NCBI GenBank assembly: GCA_973895155.1
Contig: OZ316898.1
Span: forward strand, 11,121,187 to 11,185,186
Reading direction: 5' to 3'
Length of the DNA stretch: 64,000 nucleotides
From: Marsupella aquatica
Taxonomy: Eukaryota; Plantae; Marchantiophyta
The translations under genes were made by a program, and so were the position numbers. Every line of letters starts with the position of its first letter. The stretch's first letter is position 1. The notes beneath the pieces were generated by a model. The model did not search any database. It had not been told where the DNA came from and was given only the letters and a program-made list of their open reading frames with translations. Shown piece after piece: positions 1 to 13,519 of this stretch.

Positions 1-2
1 TT

Positions 3-149
3 GTTGACCTACTGATCCACAGTGCCATCGGTGGTAGACTTTCAGTCTTTCATGCATCAGTACCAGGAGCTTTTAGTGTAAGGTTTTCACAAGGAGGTTG
101 CAGGGTAATGGCTGCCACAGTTACTGTGCATCCTGGTATGCAAATCTAG
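3..149 (+). CDS. Possible 3' end of a protein-coding gene starting upstream of the window (unidentified)
   Basis: Frame 3 is open from the window edge: VDLLIHSAIGGRLSVFHASVPGAFSVRFSQGGCRVMAATVTVHPGMQI-TAG, followed by UTR-like sequence. No family recognised. Confidence 0.3.
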   Translation, partial: VDLLIHSAIGGRLSVFHASVPGAFSVRFSQGGCRVMAATVTVHPGMQI

Positions 150-918
150 CAGCTGTTGCTGCTATACATAAGATGGGCTTTCTGTCAGGGCTTCAAGAAC
201 TCTGTAGAAGGTCAGACATATTGTCTGAGTTACGCCTCGTCCAGTGAGGATTTTGGGTTTTCTGACTCTCAACAGAGGGCAATGTCAAAGCTTGCCTTAG
301 ATTGGACCTAGATTTCTGCAAGCATCTTGTATACGCAGTATCTTATGAAGAAATGATATAACGCAACCAAAGGGCTGTAGTTTCCATCAGTCCCTTCAGC
401 ACTCTGTTGACTAGGGTTGTCAAAAAGTAGTGTCGGAGTGTTTTATTGGAACTTTGGCGCGATGGTTAATTGTGACTATGACACTTATTGTATTGCAATT
501 GCTCAATTCCTGCATTGCTAGGAATGATGACCTATCTGTGTATGTATTACGCTATCTCACGCTCGTCACATTGTGTCGTCTCTCATGCCTTGTCCAGCGG
601 AGGACGACATGTGCACATTTTGTTAAGATAGGATGTGTAATAGATTTGTTATCTGGTCTACTTCAGCATCATGCTCCACTATGTCGTCCACATGGTGAAA
701 GTCATAGAGAATACGACACAATGCATGAGATTCCATTTCCGGGCTGTCCAGACAGGTGACACGTATCGACCAATGGGTGGCTCAAAATTCTGATCTCACA
801 TGTAGGCCGCACGAAAATTGCACATCGTCGTCTACACTGTTCTCTCACCGTGGCAAACTACAGTACTAGGGTAAGAACAACTCAACATATTAAAGAGGGG
901 AAGCTAACACAGTCAGGC

Positions 919-1041
919 GGTTTAAGGTCCGAGTCACTAATGCATGTAAGCCTTGGAAAGTGTGGCAGACACAAGAAGTGGGTTTAAGGTCCGAGTCACT
1001 AATGCATGTAAGCCTTGGAAAGTGTGGCAGACACAAGAAGT
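919..1041. repeat. Tandem duplication of a ~62-bp unit
   Basis: GGTTTAAGGTCCGAGTCACTAATGCATGTAAGCCTTGGAAAGTGTGGCAGACACAAGAAGT occurs twice head-to-tail. Confidence 0.9.
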
Positions 1042-2039
1042 TTCAGTAGTAAAGGTTCGGCTCGATGTTGAAGCTAATTCAATTATCTTGTGGTAGAGTA
1101 CAGGTAATGTTGAAGCAAGCAATGTCACCAAAACTTGTGGCAAGTCCGTCATTAAGCACATCATTAATTGTAAATTTGTCTAGGGTTCTCGATGTAGAAC
1201 TAAAAGACCGTCTCGAAAAACCTACTTTTGCCAACATTCCTGATGTGGTCCCCTTAACACGAGTCAGACAAATGGTGTGGGGTGTGCGGTTCGTTAGGTT
1301 TTGGGGTGCTCGTTTGTAGGTTTCATCTCTATTATGGAGATTGGAGTTCAGGATAGGTGTTGGGCCTAGGTATTGTGGGATTTTATACATTTTATGGGAG
1401 TATATACGCGTTTTGGACTCAATTGAAGTTCTTCACGATAGCCCCTCCTGCCAATTTCCAGACAAATCTTCTTATAGGTTGATGCGGCCTACTACAGGAA
1501 CACTTTATGACTAGGTGGCCTTAGTGCATGCGATCTTGTCTCATTTGCATCGTTCCCTATGTGGGAGAGTCAACAACAAGGCGTGACTGGGTGGGTGAAG
1601 TAAATGGAGGTTGTGGAGGAGGATGTCCGTCAGTCTAATCCACTGGCTGAGAAGTGACTATGAAGAGGATCCACAAATGATGATGTAGAGATAGAGGCTC
1701 GAGGGAGGAGATGGGAAGGAAGGGAATATCGAGAGGATCCAAAGATAAGCATGTGCAGTGGAGGTAGTGGATTGAGGGAGGACATGGGAAGGAGCAGGAA
1801 CTAGGCATTAGGGTCAGTCTGAGGGACAAGATCATACACTTCGAATCCAGGTCTGATTTATTTATTAAAGCGCATATGTATATACGTATGGGCTTTTAGC
1901 ACTTATGTTTGTCATGCAAAGAGGGTTGAGGGATTTATATGAATATATGAATATATGCATTTATGTCTGTTGCACATATGTATGACAAATATAATTGTTA
2001 AAATTACATGTCAAATTAAAACACTATTGTCTTCAATAT

Positions 2040-4950
2040 CCAATAAGTACCCATTTTCCTCCAAAACCTAAAGTGACAACAGATCATCATCTACTAAGTA
2101 CCCATTTCCCTTCACAACCTAAAGTATGCATGATCCAATAAGTACTCGATTTCCTCCAAAACCCTTACAGTTAATACTTAAGAGATCATCATCCAATAAG
2201 TATCCATTTTCCTCTAAAGCCTTAAGTGAATACTTATGGGATCATTCCAAAACCTCAATATATATAACACTGCCAAAAAGAAAAGCTCCATATGTTCCAT
2301 ACTTGGAGATAGAGACAGGAACCCCCAGGCAAACTATCCGATAAAGGGGAGGAACAAGGAAAGAACCTGAAGAGAAGACTTAAAAGATCCTCTTAGCATA
2401 AGGACCCATTTTGACCCATTTTCATCCAAAACCCAAAGGAAAGTATGAAGTATGTTTGAGGTAGGGTAATTTGGCTATTTCATAGCTTGAACACTCTAGT
2501 AAAAATCTGTGCAAACCCAAGAAACAGTGCCCAGTTCTGTTGGGAGATGCATGAGAATGTGTAGGGCAACCCTTCCCCAAGAGAGGGTAATGGGACATAA
2601 TTCCCAAGGGCGGTGAGCATTAGGGGATATAGCCCATTATCCCCAAGTGGGGATGAGTTATAGAGCATATGCCCCAAGTGAAATTTTGAAACATTCACCT
2701 CATTTGACACTCCAAAAACTGACATCTACCACATGTGCTCTATGTTCTCATTCAAATTTGAGAAACCTCAGCCAGGCTGCAACAGGGTGTGTGGCTTACC
2801 AGTTAGGTAATGCCTCCTAACCTTTTGTAGAAATACAAAGAGCAAAGTACGGGCTGAGTAATGCCACCGGGTTCAGTGGCTACCACCTCAAATAATGCCT
2901 CATAACCATTTACAGAACTACAAAGAGAAAAATACACTAGGGGGCTGACTATTCATATAGCATGCTCATCCTGGAACATGCTTTATTTTTTGTCTTGTAG
3001 TGATCTGAAAGTAAATCAAATATGAGAGCATAGAAGTGCTGTTATATAAGTAAAGTGTCCATCAAGAAAAGCAAAGTGACCAAGAAAAGGTACAGTCAAA
3101 CGATGCTACCATGTGTGCACTTAACTCAGGGTGCCTTATGAATGACACTCCTTTCAATAAAAACCATATCAATGACACTCCTTTCAATAAAAACCATAAA
3201 CCTAAAAAAGAAAAACATGAAAAGAACTTAAGAGGCTATGCATTCATTTTCTTGGGCATCATTTCTCTCACTCTTGGTGGTGGAGCCTTTGGTTTCATCT
3301 CTAAGAAAACACATACTCTGAAAGGGGGCTGCCAAAATAAATTCAAAACATTCTAGAATACTTAAACCAAAAGGGGTCTAAAAATTAATTAAAAATGTAT
3401 AGAATACAAAGACTGTCCCTTGATAAGGCATATTAAAATGAAAATACATGACACAAAAATGTGAAAGACAAATATGAAATGTGCCTTCACCATATAGCTA
3501 TAGCATGCATGCAGCTTCAAAAATTTACCATTCATAACCATTCAAAAAAATACAAAGGGGGGCTGACTAATGCTTTATAACGATTTATAAAGACGCAGAT
3601 AAAAAATTCGTGACGGGTTTATCGGTACTTCAATACTGCCTCCATTTTCCTCCACAACCCAAAATCATACCTCAATTTCTTTCGTTCCCAACGCCAATGA
3701 TTATTTAACAGACCCGGCCCGATCAGCAGCTGGAGTCTGAGTCCGATTCCAGAGGGAAATTGTCGAGATTGATGGGCGGACTCCAATGGGCTTGAACAAG
3801 ATGTTGAGCAGCCAGAGCTCCAGCTCCGACGATGGTATTCACAGCTCTTGCAATTCGGCTTGGCGAGACATTTCGCTGGCCCAGAGCAGACGCACATGCT
3901 GTTCTCCAAAGGTCAGGTCGACTCCGTTGATGGGTGCTAGAGCCAGACGGGAGATGCAAACCGAGCACGGAGGCGTACCCAATGTTGACATTGCCTCCCA
4001 CGAGAAACAATGAGGGTGACCAATGAGCTCAATTACAATCACAACGATCGGATGATATGAACCAGCAATTCTATCACACAGCGAAAGAGGCTTCCCAACG
4101 CTTCCGCGAGCATATACCACTCATAACAGCTAATTGGTGGTCTCTGTCCATATTCGTTCTTCCCCATCATTCCCTGCAGCTACTCACGATTGCCTGTCGA
4201 AGATGAACTCCGCTGTCTTGATGAAACAATGTGCTAGATGGCCGAAATGCGAACAACAGTAGGACCAAGCCTCCACGAAACAACAAAGTTTCCGCAAACT
4301 ATGGGTTACGATTGCCTGTCAAAGATTAACTCCGCTGTCGTGCTGAAACAATGTGCGACTGTAGATGGCCGAAATGCGAACAACAGTAGGACCAAATCTC
4401 CACGAAACAACAAAGCTTCCGCAACTATGGGTCCACTTGTCAGTCGCTTCGAGTCTAGCGAAAGATTCAAAGGTGATGCTCGATTTGGCGATGAACAGTA
4501 CTCAAAGGCGAAAAGGCAGGTAGACCAAGGAAACCACCTCGCGGGGTGAGCGCTTAAGACTCACCCCGACTTCTGTGCAAGCCTGCGTCCTGCATTGTCG
4601 TGCCCTAGCCCGAAGGAGCAGCGTGTCGTAGTGCTCGAAGCTCGAGAGCTTGAAGCAGCGTTGTCTGAGCTCGAAGCTCAAGCTTCTGAGCCTGCGTCCT
4701 GCCTTGTCGAGCCCTAGCTCGAAGCAGTAGCGTATCGTAGAGCTTGAAAGCTTGAAGCAGTGTCGTGTAGAGCTCTAAGCTCAAGATCTTGAGCAGGAGA
4801 GACGCCCGGGATGGTAACCTAGGAAGTCGTGGAGTTGGCGTGTGTGGGGTGTCCACCTGCGATTTCATTCGCCATATTCCACCTCCCTGTAAGGTCTTCG
4901 ACACGTTTGGCGAAAAGTCTTCATGCTTTGGTCTTTGATAGCGCGTTTAA
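2040..4950. mobile_element. Degenerate repeat-rich tract, probably LTR-retrotransposon derived
   Basis: Repeated AAGTACCCATTTTCCT...CCTAAAGT motifs (2045-2230), three PPT-like AGGGGGCTG motifs (~2939, 3322, 3555), internal duplications (3141-3198; 4187-4432) and GCTCGAAGCT repeats (4630-4790). No intact TE domain seen. Confidence 0.3.
4187..4432. repeat. Imperfect tandem duplication, ~122-bp unit
   Basis: CGATTGCCTGTC.AAGAT.AACTCCGCTGTC...CTCCACGAAACAACAAAG.TTCCGCAA.CTATGGGT at 4187-4307 and 4310-4432. Confidence 0.85.
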
Positions 4951-5037
4951 ACCTCACCTAAAAGTCTAAGACACTTCTGGCGAAGATTCTTCGTGCGTTT
5001 GTCTGCGATTCCCACCTCGCGACAGACCCCATTAGCA

Positions 5038-5345
5038 CCTTAGATTTAAAGCTTTCTATATCTAGCAATACTAATAACACATCCGACAGCCTGGCTTTTG
5101 TGTTATGAAATGGTCATAACTCATGCCCCCATGATTCAGACATACAGCAAAAACAAATAGAAAACGTCTGAAGTGGTTTAAAGTTTAAACCACAATTGCA
5201 CCCTTAGATTTAAGGCTTCCTAGATCTAAAAATACTAATAACGCATCCGACAGCCTGGCTTTGGTGTTATGAAATGTTCATAACACATGCCTCCTCGATT
5301 AAGATATACAGCAAAAACAAAGAGAAAACGTCCAAATGGTTTAAG
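5038..5345. repeat. Imperfect tandem duplication, ~165-bp unit
   Basis: CCTTAGATTTAA.GCTT.CTA.ATCTA..AATACTAATAAC.CATCCGACAGCCTGGCTTT.GTGTTATGAAATG...AGAAAACGTC...TGGTTTAA at ~5038-5181 and ~5203-5345. Confidence 0.85.
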
Positions 5346-7480
5346 ATCACTTTTCTCCAAGTGAAGTGACACCTCCCTGAGTTTCGGCCCTGAGAATTTA
5401 CGGAAAATTTCAATGTGCGAGGTGGCAGAATTGCAAACAAGTAGGGCCAAATCTCGTATCGCTGGCGCGAATCACATGGACTGCGTGATTGTTGATAAGG
5501 ATTGCCCGCGTGTGGGCTATTTACTGCCTGCGCACAAGAAAAGCACGGACTGCAACTCCAGGCAAGGATGGGAAAATTCCATTGAAGCCAACTTGGTTTA
5601 GCGAAGCTCGGGTTTTTTTCTATGTACTCCAAGTTTGCAACTGTTAAAGGAGAATTGATCCATTTTTGTTTAGTAACACCTTGTTCCAGGGCTTGGTGGA
5701 CTATAATGCCCATACTACTCCGATACCAAGGAGTTGCTACACTTTTATCTCTATGGGGATAAGCTACAGACATTCAAGACAGCCGATAAGAAGTTGACCC
5801 CAAGAAAATGTACAGACGGAAGCTGAAGAAATCGGGCCAGGAGGGATCATACAATCAAGTCAATCAGGAGGAATCAGGAGTAATCAGACAATAAGATCAT
5901 GCGATCAGGCCTTGCTCCAGACTGGGATAGCGATCATTGGCCTAAGCTGGCCCACAAGAGAGAACAGTGCAGTAGTTCGAAGTGAAACCTCCGCCCAACT
6001 ACAGCAATGGTCAGGACCTTCGAATTTTGTGAAACTTTGAGGACATATGCTTCATCTTTTTTGGCCCGGAAACATCCAATTGAATTCCATTCAAAGAGAC
6101 AGCAACAGCAGGGTGGCCCTCCAAGGGAGACAGACAATGCGCTTCTCACATATTGTTTAGTGCTAACTTGCATGACGGGCGATACCTTCATGCAGTCAGG
6201 ATAGTTTAGTACTTGCATAAGGCTTCCATGTCTTCGCATGCCTGCTGCATATTCTTCATATGGCTGAGATTAGTCCGAATCTGAGAATAAATCTGAGATT
6301 AGTCCGAATATGGCATCCTCAATTTGAAGATTTTGCTGAATGGATACCGTATTCTGGATACCGTATTCTGCATATTCTTCATATGGCTTATCGGGATTCA
6401 TTCTCCCCGAAGTTGTAGTAACTAGTAAGTATCATTGCAAGGCTACGGAGCTCAAATTTACGAAGTATGCTCCATGATGCGCAGTCTTGTACTTCCGACA
6501 AGTGAATCACATTGCCCAATCTTTGTGTCTTCAACTACCTATCCTTCATAGACAGTGGTTTCCTACTAAAATTCTGTTCGAGAGTCACTTATAAGCTCCG
6601 ATGTCCACACAACCGGCGTACGATATATATTTGAATTCTGGTACTGACCATGACTTGAATCATAGTGAGTTTAGCACAAAATAATTTGGTTCTGGTACCG
6701 ACCAATATTAAAGGGTATGACTGCTTACTTTTTCCGGGAATTGTGAATCGTGAACTCAAAGCGTGCCACAAGATGGCAGGAAATCTTTTACAGCTTCCCG
6801 CATTTAGAACCGACGCTGTGGTGCGTATCGCCCAAAAGCGCTAGGGACATGCTGCCTGGTCCCTTTGGCCATTTGGCACACCATCTTCGATGACGAAGCA
6901 GAAAACCGAGAGACTTCAAAATTGAGGGGTGTTGTCTACAATGCAGGAACTTTAGACCTCCATCTGAAAAGCTCGTGAATTACAGAGGAGCTGCCCAGTT
7001 GCTAAGCCATAGCCGAGTTCATTTCCTGACAACAAAATTCTACGATCATTTGGAAGGCAGACGACAAAAACCGTAAGATCCAGGACACGTTAAGATTTAA
7101 ACAATTGGTAGCTTCCATTACAACTGAGTTTAGTTGCTCAATCTTTTAAGCCCTCAATGCATTGGGCACTTCGGATACATGCCACACCTGTACCAACCCC
7201 GTGACAACTTTGTGGCTCGCTATAGGGGGAGAAAATCGAACGTTGGAGGAATATGTAATGGAGCAGCTGGAGTGCACACAACAAGAAAACTCTGCACATT
7301 TGTAGTAACTGACAGTCAAGTTTCAGTATTGAGAGATTTCTAGATCTACATCCATAGAGATATTGCAGTGCATTGACTTGACTCAAAATCAGAAAATGGA
7401 ATGGGTTGTAATGAAATTTGCAAGATGTAAGACGTTGTATGAGACAAAATTTTACCATAGGAGATTGGTGAGATATAAAT

Positions 7481-10400
7481 TTACGCTTGTGATGATTGCT
7501 CTGATGGCTGTTCAGGTACACTGATACTTGTTAAGTCATCTAACGGTTTTGATTGTTGATCTACATGTTTCTGAGGTGGTAATAAAGAATCATTTTTACT
7601 TAAAATGGCTTCTCTTGTTATAAAGCCCAAGGGAACTTCCTTTGAGTAACTTGTGTTGGCGGAATATGTTGTCCTGCTGCTCACAACAACCACAACTTCG
7701 ACTTGTGGCTGTAATAATAAACTTAAAGCCCTCACGATGGGTGTTGAATCTGTAACCTGAGGAGGGGTCCTCATAATATCGCGTAACCGTACGTCCATCT
7801 GAGAGAAAGTCCAGCAATTGAAATATTCAGCAGACTACATTGAGGAAACCAGTTCATTTGGTTGATACCTATATCAGAGCAGCAGCCTCACAAACCTTAC
7901 GACTACAATCGAGATATGCAATACATTCGAAAGTTATGAAAGCAAGGCAAAGCCAGAAGAGAGCACCTCAACACAATCTTCGGAATGAACAATGCCGATA
8001 CAAGCTCCGCTGTTGTCAATAATTGGTACACAATCATCTTTGAAAAACCGCATGATGACGCTCTTCACTTGGAAATCACCATGTAGAGGCCCTGCCTTTT
8101 CATAGGGTAACATGATGCTTTCTACGGTGTCATGCAGTGATACCTGCATGGAATTAACGAAGTTCAATTTCTACTACCTCAGTAACAGCAAAAAACGTAT
8201 TGTGGGGAAAGAGAATAAACAAACAGTCAAAAGAAGTCAAAAGTGAGCACAACTGACGTCTGGCTTTAGCAGAAAAGGTTTGAAGAGGTCTTGGGAGAAT
8301 CCCAACAGCGCCTGAAGACGTACAATTGCCTGTAACACCCACACCCTAGTCAGTTAAATAATTCATCTCAAATGTCCCCATCTCAAGTAATTCGGTCCTG
8401 AATCCATAAGCAAAGAAGCTCTAAGAGGGCAATTTACTTGAAGGCACAAGCTCGCTAAATAAGCTAACGTCTTCTTTCGCCACCTGAATGTAACTACAAG
8501 ACATGTGTGTCTGAGTGATGTGATGAGTCTAAAGTAGACCTGTCACAAAGTACAACCGGTCCCAAAGTGCGTACAAGACAAAGGGAGAGGATACCAAGCA
8601 TATTATGTTCATGATGTAAGATATAGCCACAAGAGTTAGCTTATATAACAAAGTGCACGCAGTGGGTAGACAAACCATATGTGCTCGGTTGCTAAGAGGA
8701 ATGCCCTTTCTAATGCCCACCATAGTCTTCAGGGTGTGCCTTGCTACGCCGAGCTGTATCAGACAAAACCCCACAAGAATAAGTTTTGTCGAACGTGCAA
8801 GCACTCGAACTCTACTGCAGAATACGGTATCCATTCAGCAAAATCTTCAAATTGAGGATGCCATATTGGAACTCATTTAAATTTCTGTCTTGAGGTTGGC
8901 GGTGAGCAGAAGCATCATTTGCAACACTTCCGCACTCAAAACTAGCAGCAAGGATTATGAATTCAGAAAAAGTGAACATACGTGTGGACTGTCGCTCTGT
9001 ACCGTTTTGTTTTTCAACTACAGAAGACCAGCGGTAACCAAATCATATCATGCAATGTTGGTCCATTAGCCATTTCTCTTCATGTTCTTAGATGTAAAGT
9101 ATAACATGTATAACCCAAAAGAAAAACCTCCCGTACTCTTATCCTGTGCCTTACTGTCAACGCCACTTTCACAGTTACATTGTCAAGGAAAAACAACTGA
9201 CAATTATTTCAAGAAAATTGGCATATACCTGTCTAGCATTCACAGCTGCCTCGATCAAAAGTTCATCTGCTTCGGCTCGATCCTCAGGACACACTTTGCC
9301 AGCAGATTCAGGCACCATCTGCTGTCTCAAAGACCTTACAATCTCCAGTTCTCCTTTCAGTGCAAAAGCTCTCATGAGAGCCAGGTAAACATGTGCTTTT
9401 GGTTTAAATTGAGGATCCACCTTTGCTCTTTCTTTCATTTCCGCCATGAGAAAGCGTAGACCCTCTGAAGAACAAAGCTTGTCAGTTCGAGGGGAAAGCA
9501 CAACGAGAAAGAAGATTTCATGCACGTTTCAGCTTTGTGAGGTCCTACTGATTCATTCCTCGGGTACGACAGTTAGCAAGGACGCGGCACTGCCTTACCT
9601 TGGATCATCGGTTCACCACTAAATTCCTAGTTCATAACACATTTGGCTAGATTTCCAAGTTGCCTCATGGACCAAAGCCATAACTAGAAGAGAAAATCCG
9701 AGATCAGATTTAGACGCTGACCCAAAATAATCCACAGAACTTGTCAAGCAAGTATCTACCTAAGTTCTACAATTCTGATTCCAGAGCGTGTAGAAGAGCA
9801 TTTTCACCTTCAGGACACCCTGAGAAGATGAATGCATCGATAATGGCTGTGTAAGCAACCCGGTCTAAAACACAAGTAGGAGATATTTTCATCTCAGCCA
9901 CGAGATTTGATACATCTTCAAAGTTCTCAGAATCCGCAAGGCCCTGCTCAGACCACGAAAATCAATGCGACCGTGAGGAACTCTGAAAACTACAAGCTTG
10001 CAAGTAACAGAATTCAAACAAAACCCCTTATACTCAACCCCTGACATCACAAGCAATGAAGTTGGGGAAGGACCTTCAATAATGTTGTGTACGTTACTAC
10101 ATCAGGTAGCAGTCTGGACGTTCTTAATCGTCTGGCTTCCACCTGACAGCAGGACCAATGGCCTATTGTTAGACACTTCCAACTGCCACGAAGAGTGCTC
10201 CTTCCACGTCTGCTACATAGAGCTGTTGAGATCTAGATAGACTCTCTGTTCCCATCCCCAGTTCTACCAGAAAATATCTCAAATAAATTTAATATGTAGT
10301 GGACAAACTCCGTAGGCTCTGGATGACTCCCCAGAAAAGCTATTTATATCTTGACGAAATGAGTTTGGCTAAGGTATGACATATGTCCATGAGAAATGAT

Positions 10401-13389
10401 AACCATATCTACGCGGTCCTATCCAAAACAATCAGTACATAACAACATTTGTGGATTTTCAACTATTGACCTTCATTTCTGCGAACAGCTCCAGAGCTTT
10501 CTCCATATCCCCACCCCTAACGCAAGCAAATATCAACGTATTGTAGGTCAGTCTCTGTGGCTGCACTTCATTGATAATCATTTCTTCTCTCATTTTAAGG
10601 GCCTCCAGAGGGTTGTCAGACCTTGCAAAACCCTGCACTTTCACAAGCACAGATAACGTGTGAGAAACGGACCATACTAGTTTGCCTGATTTACCTCTGG
10701 CCCATAGTTCGACAAACAAACGACTCCGGCTTTTTATATGTTAAGTTGAGCAAAGACCTTGATGAGCAGATTATAAGTCAATATGGACGGCCTTGAGCCT
10801 TGCACTGACGAACGATAGCGTAAAAGTGCACCCCGGGCCCGGAGTGAGTCACCTGTACAACGAAAGGTTATTCAGACACTTTATTTCGTAGCAGCGTAAG
10901 TAATAAACTAAGTATCCTGGACTCTCTGGTCTTTCAATTATAAAGAAACGAGAATCATGAGCAAGTTCAGTAATACAAAGCCAGCAAGTATGGTTCTGAA
11001 AACAACTGTCCCGGCCCCATAAGGTTAACACAATAGAATTTTGGATAAAGACAAACCATCACAATGCTAAATACCGCTACTAAGGTCTTGAGCCCTTCTA
11101 CTCGGGAGAGCTTCACCTCTGCAAATTTCTACTCCCATGGTACAATGTAGTGTACATTACAGACCCGGGTTCAAGGCTACAGAGCAGACATCTTAGCTGA
11201 TGAGAATACCTCACCACAGAGGAAAAGTCAGCAAATACTGAGATAAGGCCTTACCAGCTTCGACACAGGCATTGACCAAGGTATTGAGATGAACATCTGA
11301 CAACACTGGGTTGCCAGGGGCTGTGCCTGCTTCGATCTCTTCAAGAAGCTCAAAAGCATCGTCTAGTCTGTGTGCCTGACCAAGACCCTGTGAGGAGACG
11401 CACAAGATAATACCAAACGATTCAGTTTAAAAACAAAGTGCCGGTGGGATATCTTGCCATTTAAACATCGGATAAAATATCACTAGAAACTCGGGTGGGG
11501 TATGCATTTTACTGAAACAAATTTGCACACATGTCGAATAGAGATGAAAGGCAAACACACACATGTTTAAGAACATACTTTCAGGAGAATACCATAGGTG
11601 ATGTTATCAACACCACAGTTGCTTGGCTGCAGCATCTCTCGGTAGACAGTTATTGCACGCTCCATATCGCTACATTGGACGCAGGACTCTAGTACCGCAT
11701 TCATAATTATGATACATAACGTATTGCCTTCCATCTTGAGTTCCTCTAGTAGGTCAAACACCTGAAGGAGGGTTTGGTAAGTGTGCAGCATCATTGAAAC
11801 TAGACATCTACCTGGATGTCAAATGATAGTGGTTGAGCATCATGTTCCTTACTGCGTGTTTTATGTACTACGATACCAAACAGAAAAAACTGTAAATCTT
11901 TCACCGCACTCAGGTTTGAAAACCTTGCAGATGCCTTGTAATGCAAACTGTCAATCTACTCCTTCTGGCCCACTTACTTGATTCAGTTGCTTTCTCTTAC
12001 TGAGTTCCATGATTCTTATGGTGATAGCCCGTGCTGCAAGTTCCGCCTTACTCTTTTTCCTCCAGAATGGCCATACTTTTTCTACCTCACTGTCTTCTCG
12101 TGATAACTGTTGGTCTCGCAGCAGCCAAGACAATTTTTTCCTATTTCTTATCTGCATGAGAAGGAGTAAAATCATCCCTCGAATCTTTACAGTTTGAATG
12201 GAATGCCTGGTCTACGGACAAAATTGCAACAAAAGGAAATCATCATTCATTACATCCGATTTTTTAAATATTTAGAGTTTGACCGTCAAGGGAGAGGAGA
12301 GAGCAGGCGTAAGGGGAATAATACCTGGGCCAGAAGTTCCCTTTGCGGAATTACAGGTGGTGCATCTTTCTGCCCTTTCTTTGTTTTCGCTCTAACAGTG
12401 CCAGCTGATGAGGTGCCTTGCCGGCCTCTCGTATACTCCCGAGCTAGTGAGGGTTCCAGAGGAAAGATATTTCCTTCCTTCCTTCTGCCTGTCTGTCCGC
12501 AGAGACAAATACCGGGTGACCCAGGGAAAAGAGGGTGTCATGGTTATTATCATGGGACTAGTGTAGCAAAGTAGAAAACACTTCTCAGATCGCCGATCTA
12601 TGCTGACGATATAAAATGACAAAGGCAAGAAAAGGACCCCTCAGCTCCTATATAGTTGCATTGACATGACATAATCCAGAAATAGAGCCCAGGAACTCCG
12701 CCCAACAGCAAATCTATTCAACTAAAACGCCACAATACGACTAAAGCAACCGACATCACATAAGTTGCACTCACTTCTTGGGATGGAAACCATGGACAAA
12801 AAACCTAGCATACTATGCACCCATTGGCTTTTAGATAGTCATATCTCAAGTGAAGCAATCCTCGTACGACGTGAAACCTTCCACCACAATCTCGAGAGAA
12901 ATAAATAGGCCGGAATTCTACGTCTGAATCTTCCAAGGCATGTCATATTTTCTCTATCAAGGACACCGTTCAGTCTTACAAAAAAACACTCGGAAACTAA
13001 TTTCTAAAAACACTCGCAAAACCAATTTCTATGATAGAGTGCGCACGGCCCAACACAAATTGCAGACAGGTAGCAACAAAGATAACTTTATGTTGGAAAA
13101 GTTCCGAGACTCCAACAGATGACAACGCCATACATTCTATACCAAGCAATATTGTCACGCAGACCACAGAAAAGTTCTCTTGAATGACCACTTCCACTAC
13201 AGGAGATACGGACACCGGAAACCCAGCTGAAATGGAAAAAAGGGGGGAACGGCACCGGACAGTCCTCGAATCTCTCAAAGAGCGCTCGCTATGGCCTCCG
13301 ATCGAGATCCACACCTGGGTTGAAGCCGTCTGCCGCGCAGCCACGGATCCGAGAGCAGCACCGGCGATCGTAGCTGAAATCGCAGCCAT
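7481..13389 (-). CDS. CBSPPR1: Pentatricopeptide repeat protein with C-terminal CBS domains (At5g10690-like), plastid transit peptide; 14 exons
   Basis: Phase-consistent GT-AG exons: 13315-13389, 12325-12492, 11978-12151, 11579-11761, 11255-11387, 10758-10852, 10471-10632, 10074-10142, 9808-9943, 9229-9464, 8676-8753, 8258-8329, 7967-8143, 7481-7798. P-type PPR motifs (IMNAVLESCVQCSDMERA, LTYNTLIFACVRGGDMEKA, PDVVTYTTLLKGL, VAYTAIIDAF). CBS motifs VESIM...VPIIDNSGACIGIV and LRDIM...PLGFITRE. Confidence 0.88.
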
Positions 13390-13519
13390 CGCAACGACAG
13401 CAGTGGCAACGAAACGATAACACAGTCGCAACCCGTGCTCTGCTCTGCTCTTCTCTGATCTTCTTGGCCGAATGCAAGCTTCGTCCTTCGGCTGATCCTG
13501 TTGCTACAATTGTAGTGTG
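12563..13519 (-). repeat. Dispersed duplication, copy A (5' flank/UTR + exon 1 + most of intron 1 of the PPR-CBS gene), homologous to 62033-62936
   Basis: Collinear shared blocks, e.g. CAGCTCCTA.ATAGTTG, AGAGCCCAGGAACTCCG, GACTAAAGCAACC, GCACTCACTTCTTGG, AAAAAACACTCGGAAA, TACAGACAGGT-like ATTGCAGACAGGT, ACAGTCCTCGAAT.TCTCA.AGAGC and TCGGCTGAT....TTGCTAC. Exon peptides [25 protein letters not shown] vs [25 protein letters not shown]. Confidence 0.92.

Noticed and set aside
2045-2230. CRISPR-like spaced repeats
   Set aside because: Eukaryotic context, degenerate repeats with irregular and partly repeated spacers, no cas genes.
5680-6160. Fragments reminiscent of a NAC domain (KELLHFYL; FF...RKHP...TAGW..G.D)
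   Set aside because: Needs mixing of frames across several stops and no later NAC subdomains are recognisable; not supportable without a profile search.
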